This document shows positions 23,706 to 29,886 of a DNA stretch of 29,886 nt, one piece after another (the first letter of the stretch is position 1; each line of letters starts with the position of its first letter). The stretch is from Gaiellales bacterium. Lineage in GTDB: Bacteria; Actinomycetota; Thermoleophilia; Gaiellales; F1-60-MAGs149. The notes under the pieces were generated by a model. It saw only the letters and a program-made list of their open reading frames with translations. It was not told where the DNA came from and made no database searches. Location: NCBI GenBank assembly GCA_964203735.1, contig CAXNNM010000001.1:1-29886 (forward strand), in the 5' to 3' direction. Both the position numbers and the translations under genes were made by a program.

Positions 23706-26132
23706 ATGTCGGAACCGATGGAAGCAACCGAGACCAAGCCAAGTTGGGTCGGACGCGGCATTACTCGCGTTGAGGATGACCCGTTGCTGCGAGGTCGCGA
23801 GTGGTTTATCGACGACATTGATCCCCTGCCACATGCAGGGCATGCAGCCATTGTGCGCTCACCTTTCGCACACGCTCAGATTCGGTCGATTGATGTCTCT
23901 GCCGCGCTGGCTGTGGATGGCGTCATCGGCGTCGTTACCGGAGCTGAGATCGCTGCGATTACCCAGCCATTTCCATCGGTGCTCGACGTGCCGATCGACT
24001 ATCGACCAGCGGCGTACGAGTGCGTGCGCTTTGCCGGCGAACCGGTCGCGGTCGTGGTGGCACGGGATCGCTACGTTGCAGAGGACGCTGCGGCGCTCGT
24101 GGTCGTCGACTACGACCCGCAGCCGGTCGTCGCCGATCCGGCAAGCGCGGCCGAGCCAACGGCAATCCGCTTACACGCCGCGACGACCTCCAACGTTGTC
24201 TCGGACCGCACGTTTCGCTATGGCGACCCCGAGCAGGCATTTGCCACCGCGGTGCTTGTTGTGCGCCGTCGGTTTCGACACCCGCGCAACAGCGCGACGC
24301 CCGTCGAGACCTACGGCGTGATCGCTAACTGGGACGAGTCGCGGGGTGGCGTTGATGCGTGGGCGAATTTTCAAGGACCATTCACGCTGCACGGTGTCGC
24401 GGCTGCTGCACTTGGTATTCCCGCGTCGAAGCTGCGCCTCTGCACGCCGCCGGCAAGCGGTGGGTCCTACGGCATCAAGTCCGCAGTCTTTGTCTACGTC
24501 GTGCTGATGGCGGCGGTCAGTCGGGTGCTTGGCATTCCGGTGCGCTGGACGGAGGACCGCGGCGAACACTTGCTCGCTTCATCGTCTGCGACTGAGCGCC
24601 TGACCGAGATCGCGGCTGGTTTCGATGCCGATGGCAAACTCGTTGCACTCGACTTGGACCTACTCGATGACGTCGGCGCCTACGTACGCGCACCCGAACC
24701 AGCGACGCTGTACCGCATGCACGGCTGCCTGACAGGTGCCTACGACGTACAAAATCTTGCCGTACGCTCGCGTGTCGTGGTGACCAATCGGGCTCCAACC
24801 GGGCTCAATCGTGGCTTCGGTGGACCCCAGCTGTACTACCCACTCGAGCGTACGATGATGATCGCGGCTGGCGAGTTAGGCCTCGACCACGCCGAGTTGA
24901 TCCGCCGTAACCTGGTTCGCTCGGAGCAGATGCCATACCGCGCGGCGGCTGGAGCCATTTACGACTCTGGGGACTACCTGCGGTGTTTCGACGAGGCCCT
25001 CGAGCTTGCCGACTACGACGAGCTACTGGCCTTTCGGGATGCGAAGCGGGCGCAGGGGAGGTTGGTCGGGATCGGCCTAGCGGTCGTCGTCGAGCCAAGT
25101 GTCTCGAACATGGGCTACATCAGCCTTGCTCAGCCCGCAGAGGTGCGTGCGAGAGGCCTCCCCAAGACGGGCAATAGCGAAGGCGTCTCGATCGCGATGG
25201 GGCCGCACGGGGGGGTCACCGTACGGTTTACATCAACACCCCAAGGGCAGGGCCATCGGACCGTTGCAGCGCAGATTGTCGCTGACGCTCTCGGAGTGTC
25301 GCTCGAGGATGTTGACGTTCGCACCGAGGCCGATACCTCGGCGAACCCCTGGACCGTCTCGAGTGGCAACTACTCTTCGCGGTTCTCGGCGGTCGTCGCA
25401 AGCGCGATTCACCACGCGGCGACACTTCTCGCCGACCGCCTGAAGACGCTCGCCGCGCATGAGCTTGGGTGCCCACCTGAGGCAGTCGTGTTGAGCGATG
25501 GGAAGGCTCGATCCTCCGACGATGGAGAGCGTTCGATCAGCATCAGGCGTTTGGCGGGCGGCGCGCACTGGAACCCGGCCGGCACCGGCGCTGTCGGCGA
25601 TGTCGGTGGACTCGCTCTGACAGCGACCTACACGATCCCGCTACCCGAGCCAGATGCAGATGATCGCTGCAACACCTCGGCGGTTTATGGCTTCATTGCC
25701 GATGTCGCCATCGTCGAGGTTGATGCCGAGACCGGACAGGTGCAGGTTCTCCGCTACGCGACCGTGCACGACGCTGGCCGGATTCTTAACCCGCTGATTG
25801 CCGACGGGCAGATGATGGGCGGACTCGCTCACGGTCTCGGGGCTGCGCTCCTCGAAGAGCACCGCTACGACGAGGACGGCAATCTGATGACGGCCTCGTT
25901 CCTCGATTACCTACCACCGACCGCGACCGAGTTGCCCCCGGTACGCCACCGCGCGATCGAGACGCCGTCGCCGACTACGCCGCTCGGTGCCAAAGGGCTT
26001 GGTGAGGGCAATACGATGAGCGCACCGGCCTGTCTCGCAAATGCTGTTGCCGACGCGATTGGCATAGACGCGGTCCCGATTCCACTCACGCCCGCGCGCG
26101 TTTGGGCACTGTTGCAGGGAGAGGCGGAATGA
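23706..26132 (+). CDS. hmfA: Mirror copy: Mo-hydroxylase large subunit
   Basis: Mirror of 3755-6181. Confidence 0.73.
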   Translation: MSEPMEATETKPSWVGRGITRVEDDPLLRGREWFIDDIDPLPHAGHAAIVRSPFAHAQIRSIDVSAALAVDGVIGVVTGAEIAAITQPFPSVLDVPIDYRPAAYECVRFAGEPVAVVVARDRYVAEDAAALVVVDYDPQPVVADPASAAEPTAIRLHAATTSNVVSDRTFRYGDPEQAFATAVLVVRRRFRHPRNSATPVETYGVIANWDESRGGVDAWANFQGPFTLHGVAAAALGIPASKLRLCTPPASGGSYGIKSAVFVYVVLMAAVSRVLGIPVRWTEDRGEHLLASSSATERLTEIAAGFDADGKLVALDLDLLDDVGAYVRAPEPATLYRMHGCLTGAYDVQNLAVRSRVVVTNRAPTGLNRGFGGPQLYYPLERTMMIAAGELGLDHAELIRRNLVRSEQMPYRAAAGAIYDSGDYLRCFDEALELADYDELLAFRDAKRAQGRLVGIGLAVVVEPSVSNMGYISLAQPAEVRARGLPKTGNSEGVSIAMGPHGGVTVRFTSTPQGQGHRTVAAQIVADALGVSLEDVDVRTEADTSANPWTVSSGNYSSRFSAVVASAIHHAATLLADRLKTLAAHELGCPPEAVVLSDGKARSSDDGERSISIRRLAGGAHWNPAGTGAVGDVGGLALTATYTIPLPEPDADDRCNTSAVYGFIADVAIVEVDAETGQVQVLRYATVHDAGRILNPLIADGQMMGGLAHGLGAALLEEHRYDEDGNLMTASFLDYLPPTATELPPVRHRAIETPSPTTPLGAKGLGEGNTMSAPACLANAVADAIGIDAVPIPLTPARVWALLQGEAE

Positions 26133-26968
26133 AGCCCGCGCCACTCGTCTACCAGCGACCGTCAACGATTGACGAGGCCTGTCGGCTGCTCGCTACGGGC
26201 GGGTACGTGAAGGTCGTGGCAGGGGGCCAGTCACTGATGCCTCTGCTCAACTTTCGACTCGCCACTCCCGATGTGCTGGTGGATCTTCGTGACGTTGCCG
26301 GGCTCGTCGGTATCGAGGTGACGGACACGGCCGTGACTGTCGGAGCCATGACCACGCAACGTGCGCTTGAGCGCGATCGCGCGGCGCTCGAAGCGTGTCC
26401 ACTGTTGGATCTTGCACTGCCACACGTCGGCCACACGACGACACGTAACCGCGGCACGGTCGGTGGCACGATCGCCCACGCCGATCCGGCAGCCGAATTG
26501 CCGTGCGTGCTGGTGTGTCTTGACGGCGAGGCGGTCGTTGTCGGTCTCGACGGCACCCGTCACGTATCAGCAGCCGAACTGTTCGTTTCGTACCTCACCT
26601 CGTCACTCGGTGACGACGAGATTCTGACCGCAGTGCGCTTCCCAGTGCTCGGTGCTGGTTGGCACTTTGGCTTTGGCGAAGTTGCCCAACGCCACGGCGA
26701 CTACGCCATGGCGATCGTCGCGCTCGCGGTGCACATAGAGGACGGCGACGTCATCGAAGCACGGGTTGCGGCTGGGGCAGTGTCCGATCGTCCTATTCGC
26801 CTAACCATGGTTGAGGCCGCGATCGTGGCCGGTGTGCCACCGAACGAACTACGCGCGCTCGCCGCTGAGTCGGTGGATCCGCCTGATTCGCCGCACGCAC
26901 CATCGGCCTACCGACGATCGCTTATCGGCACGCTCGTCGTTCGAGCGCTCGCGGAGGCACTGGCATGA
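26129..26968 (+). CDS. hmfB: Mirror copy: FAD subunit
   Basis: Mirror of 2919-3758. Confidence 0.78.
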   Translation: MKPAPLVYQRPSTIDEACRLLATGGYVKVVAGGQSLMPLLNFRLATPDVLVDLRDVAGLVGIEVTDTAVTVGAMTTQRALERDRAALEACPLLDLALPHVGHTTTRNRGTVGGTIAHADPAAELPCVLVCLDGEAVVVGLDGTRHVSAAELFVSYLTSSLGDDEILTAVRFPVLGAGWHFGFGEVAQRHGDYAMAIVALAVHIEDGDVIEARVAAGAVSDRPIRLTMVEAAIVAGVPPNELRALAAESVDPPDSPHAPSAYRRSLIGTLVVRALAEALA

Positions 26969-27447
26969 ATGTCGAGTTCGCGGTCAATGGTCGCACGTAC
27001 CGACGCGACATCGAAGATCGCCGCCTGCTTTCCGACGTCCTTCGTCACGACCTTGGCTTGCGTGGCACCCACGTTGGTTGTGAACACGGCGTCTGTGGTG
27101 CTTGCACCGTCCTCGTCGATGGAGTCGCCTCACGTTCCTGTCTGCTGCTCGCCGTTCAGGTCGCTGGCTGTGAGATCCTTACCGTTGAGGGATTAGCAGA
27201 CCCGGCGGGCACGCTCAGCCCCTTGCAGGTCGCCTTCTCGACGCACCACGGGTTGCAGTGTGGATTCTGTACGCCGGGCATTCTTGCCACCGCCACCGAG
27301 GCACTGGAGCGTGGTGAACTGACGAGTCGGGCGGCGATCACAGACCTGCTGTCTGGGCACCTCTGCCGCTGCACGGGGTACGTCGGGATCATCGAAGCGA
27401 TTGCCGACGCGGCCGGTTTGCCGCCCGAGTCGGAGCGGGCGCTGTGA
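26965..27447 (+). CDS. hmfC: Mirror copy: 2Fe-2S subunit
   Basis: Mirror of 2440-2922. Confidence 0.78.
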   Translation: MNVEFAVNGRTYRRDIEDRRLLSDVLRHDLGLRGTHVGCEHGVCGACTVLVDGVASRSCLLLAVQVAGCEILTVEGLADPAGTLSPLQVAFSTHHGLQCGFCTPGILATATEALERGELTSRAAITDLLSGHLCRCTGYVGIIEAIADAAGLPPESERAL

Positions 27448-28943
27448 ATTTTGCCGAACATCTGATCGGCTGTGCGGAGCGGCACCCTGCGGCGGTCGCT
27501 CTCACCGACGGCGACCGCAGACTCACCTACGCGGAACTGTTCGAACGGGCGAAATGCGTTGCCAGCGGCATGGCAGCGCTCGGTGTTGGCCAAGGGGACC
27601 GTGTTGCCGTCGCGCTTCGTAATCGCGAGGAGACTGTCGTCCTCTGGTGGGCAACGCAGTGGCTTGGCGGCGTCTTTGTCCCCCTCAACTGGCGATTGCG
27701 TCCCGTCGAACTTCACTACTGCGTCCAGGATGCAGAGTCTGCGTTGCTCGTGATAGAACCTGACTCGATTGATGTCGCAGAGCTCGTCGAGGGGATCCCG
27801 ATTGTTGCTGTCGCAGGTGCCGAAAAAGGTACGCCGTTCGCCGATCTCGAGGCTGCCGCTCCGCTCGCTGAGGCAACCGATGTTGATCAGTGCGCACCGT
27901 CTCTGATGCTCTACACGTCAGGGACGACGGGCAATCCGAAGGGCGTGCCGCGCTCCCATGCGGCCGAGCGAGCCGCGTCGATCGCCCACGTTGCACAGTG
28001 TGGGTACGGACCTAGCGAACGCACGCTCGGGGTGATGCCGCTGTACCACACGATGGGGCAGCGCTCGATGCTCGCGATGACGCTGGTCGGTGGCAGCCTC
28101 CACCTGATGGAAGAGTGGGACGCCAGCCGCGCCCTCGACCTCGTGCTGCACGACGAACTGACGTGCCTCTACCTCGCACCAACGCTCTTTCATGACATGG
28201 CGTTGGCGCACGAGGCGGCTCCGCGTGACGTGTCATCGGTTCGACGCATCGCCTACGCGGGAGCGCCGATGACGGGTGTTTTGACCCAACGCTGCGTCGC
28301 ATTGTTCGACCCCGACGTGTTTGTCAATCACTATGGATCGACAGAGATCTACACGTTCACCGTCCACAGCGACCAGCGCGCAAAACCAGGTTGCGCAGGT
28401 CGCCCGGGGGTCAACGAGCGGATTCGTCTCGTTCGACCCGACCTTGAGGCCAGCCCAACTGACGTTGTCGCGCCGGGAGAGGTCGGTCAAGTCGTCTGTT
28501 CGCTGGCATCCGACGAGGCCTTCACTGGCTACTGGAAGCGCCCCGATGCCGATGCCAAGCAGATCCGTGACGGCTGGTACTTTCCTGGTGACCTCGCGCA
28601 CGAAGATGCAGATGGCGACCTCTGGATTGATGGTCGCATCGACGACATGATCATTTCTGGCGGTGAGAACGTCCACCCGCTTGAGATCGAGGAGCTGCTC
28701 GTTCGTCACCCCGCGGTACTGGAGGCAGCCGTAATCGGCACTCCCGATGAACGACTCGGCCACCTCGTCACCGCATATATCGTCGCATCCGCTGCTGTTA
28801 GCGACGATCAATTAGATGCCTATTGTTTAGCCGCCACCGAGCTTGCGCGCTTCAAGCGGCCGCGCCGTTATATCTTTGTGGATCAGCTACCCAAGAGCGC
28901 TTCGGGCAAGCTTCTCCGACGACTCCTGAAGGAGGAGCAATGA
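27444..28943 (+). CDS. hmfD: Mirror copy: acyl-CoA synthetase
   Basis: Mirror of 944-2443. Confidence 0.73.
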   Translation: MNFAEHLIGCAERHPAAVALTDGDRRLTYAELFERAKCVASGMAALGVGQGDRVAVALRNREETVVLWWATQWLGGVFVPLNWRLRPVELHYCVQDAESALLVIEPDSIDVAELVEGIPIVAVAGAEKGTPFADLEAAAPLAEATDVDQCAPSLMLYTSGTTGNPKGVPRSHAAERAASIAHVAQCGYGPSERTLGVMPLYHTMGQRSMLAMTLVGGSLHLMEEWDASRALDLVLHDELTCLYLAPTLFHDMALAHEAAPRDVSSVRRIAYAGAPMTGVLTQRCVALFDPDVFVNHYGSTEIYTFTVHSDQRAKPGCAGRPGVNERIRLVRPDLEASPTDVVAPGEVGQVVCSLASDEAFTGYWKRPDADAKQIRDGWYFPGDLAHEDADGDLWIDGRIDDMIISGGENVHPLEIEELLVRHPAVLEAAVIGTPDERLGHLVTAYIVASAAVSDDQLDAYCLAATELARFKRPRRYIFVDQLPKSASGKLLRRLLKEEQ

Positions 28944-29719
28944 CTGAATGCGAAGGCTTCCGCGTCGAACTCGACGAAGCGCGTCGCGTCGCGACCCTGA
29001 CGCTCGATGTTCCAGGCAAGATGAATCGCGTCGCGGTGACGGCGCGTGCCCAAATCGCCCGGGCCTTCGAAGAGCTCGGCAACGACGACCGCGTTCGCTG
29101 CATCGTGGTGCGCGGAGCGGGCGATGAGGCCTTCACCGCCGGGGGTGATATCGCCGGGTTTATGCAGGTCGATCCCGAGTGGATCAGCCACCTTCATGAC
29201 AACGTTGCTGCGCCCGAGCGATGTCCTAAGCCGGTGATTGCTCAGTTGCATGGATATTGCCTTGGTGTCGGTCTCGAGCTTGCGCTGGCCTGTGATTTTC
29301 GCATTGCGGCTGACGATACGCAGATTGGCTTGCCCGAAATCTCGCTTGGCATGATCCCTGGGTCCGGCGGCTCTCAACGGATCGTGCAGATGGTTGGCCT
29401 GGGGCGTGCGAAAGACATGGTCATGCGCGGCCGGCGTTTGAAGGCCGATGAGGCGCATCGTTGGGGCCTACTGACCGAGGTGCACCCACGGGCCGAGCTG
29501 GACGCGGCTGTGGCAGCGTTGGCAGACGACATGGCGGCCCGTCCCACTGTCGCGCTCCGCACCCTCAAGCGCGTTCTCAATCAGGCTCCAAATACGTCGC
29601 TCAGTATTGGGATGGAACTCGAAGGTCTCGCCTATGGCCTGCTTCGTAGCACAGAGGACTTCGCTGAAGGCGTGGCGGCCTTCACCGAGAAGCGCAAGCC
29701 GGAGTGGCGAGACCGCTAG
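28940..29719 (+). CDS. hmfE: Mirror copy: crotonase-fold hydrolase
   Basis: Mirror of 168-947. Confidence 0.73.
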   Translation: MTECEGFRVELDEARRVATLTLDVPGKMNRVAVTARAQIARAFEELGNDDRVRCIVVRGAGDEAFTAGGDIAGFMQVDPEWISHLHDNVAAPERCPKPVIAQLHGYCLGVGLELALACDFRIAADDTQIGLPEISLGMIPGSGGSQRIVQMVGLGRAKDMVMRGRRLKADEAHRWGLLTEVHPRAELDAAVAALADDMAARPTVALRTLKRVLNQAPNTSLSIGMELEGLAYGLLRSTEDFAEGVAAFTEKRKPEWRDR

Positions 29720-29886
29720 CGCTTGGTGATCCCGAGCCGCTCGCGCGCGACGTCGGGACCGGCAACCGTGCCACCCAGGCTCTCGATGATCGTGACTGCG
29801 CGCTCAACCAACTGCGCGTTCGAGGCGAACTCACCCTTGCTGATGTAGAGGTTGTCCTCGAGGCCGACGCGGACGTTGCCGCCGAG
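29716..29886 (-). CDS. Mirror copy: BKACE-family C-terminal fragment
   Basis: Mirror of 1-171. Confidence 0.83.
   Translation of the reverse strand, partial: LGGNVRVGLEDNLYISKGEFASNAQLVERAVTIIESLGGTVAGPDVARERLGITKR

Larger units (their letters stand above)
1..29886. repeat. Whole-window perfect inverted repeat (two 14,943-bp arms, axis 14943/14944, no spacer)
   Basis: The window starts ctcggcggcaac and ends gttgccgccgag. Every ORF has an identical-translation partner at 29887-x on the opposite strand. The centre reads ...ttggggtccccc|gggggaccccaa... I did not compare every base, but all spot checks and all ORF translations match. Confidence 0.98.

Noticed and set aside
14944-29886. Real gene duplication or amplification of the hmf-lar cluster
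   Set aside because: The second arm is an exact mirror with no divergence or spacer. It cannot be counted as a second copy without read evidence.
1-29886. CRISPR array, rRNA/tRNA, IS element, integrase or prophage genes
   Set aside because: None was recognisable. The only long repeat is the global mirror, and intergenic gaps are too short for such elements.

Overview
The 29,886-bp window is one perfect inverted repeat: position x mirrors 29887-x, the axis lies between 14943 and 14944, and there is no spacer. It therefore holds only about 14.9 kb of unique, high-GC bacterial sequence (Actinomycetota-like by inference), and the fold-back is most likely an assembly or amplification artefact. 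The unique arm contains, in order: (1) the 3' end of a BKACE/Kce-family gene; (2) a translationally coupled five-gene operon matching the 2-furoate catabolic cassette hmfABCDE (Mo-hydroxylase large, FAD and 2Fe-2S subunits, acyl-CoA ligase, crotonase-fold hydrolase); (3) a divergently transcribed, coupled operon larB-larC-larE-Ni transporter-IclR regulator, i.e. nickel-pincer nucleotide (NPN) cofactor biosynthesis; (4) a convergent two-gene unit encoding a strongly diverged LarA-family protein and a small CxxC DUF1858-like protein; (5) a vapBC toxin-antitoxin pair; (6) an amidohydrolase-3 gene next to the axis. The main candidate discovery is a furoate-catabolism locus with a dedicated nickel-pincer enzyme module. 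The LarA homologue keeps the cofactor-anchoring Lys and Ni-ligand His but appears to have lost racemase catalytic and substrate-binding residues. A near-identical palindromic operator (TCCGCTGnnCGGAACA) sits upstream of both the hmf/larB divergent promoter and the larA promoter, suggesting one regulon. All family assignments are by motif recognition and manual comparison from memory; no database searches were run.
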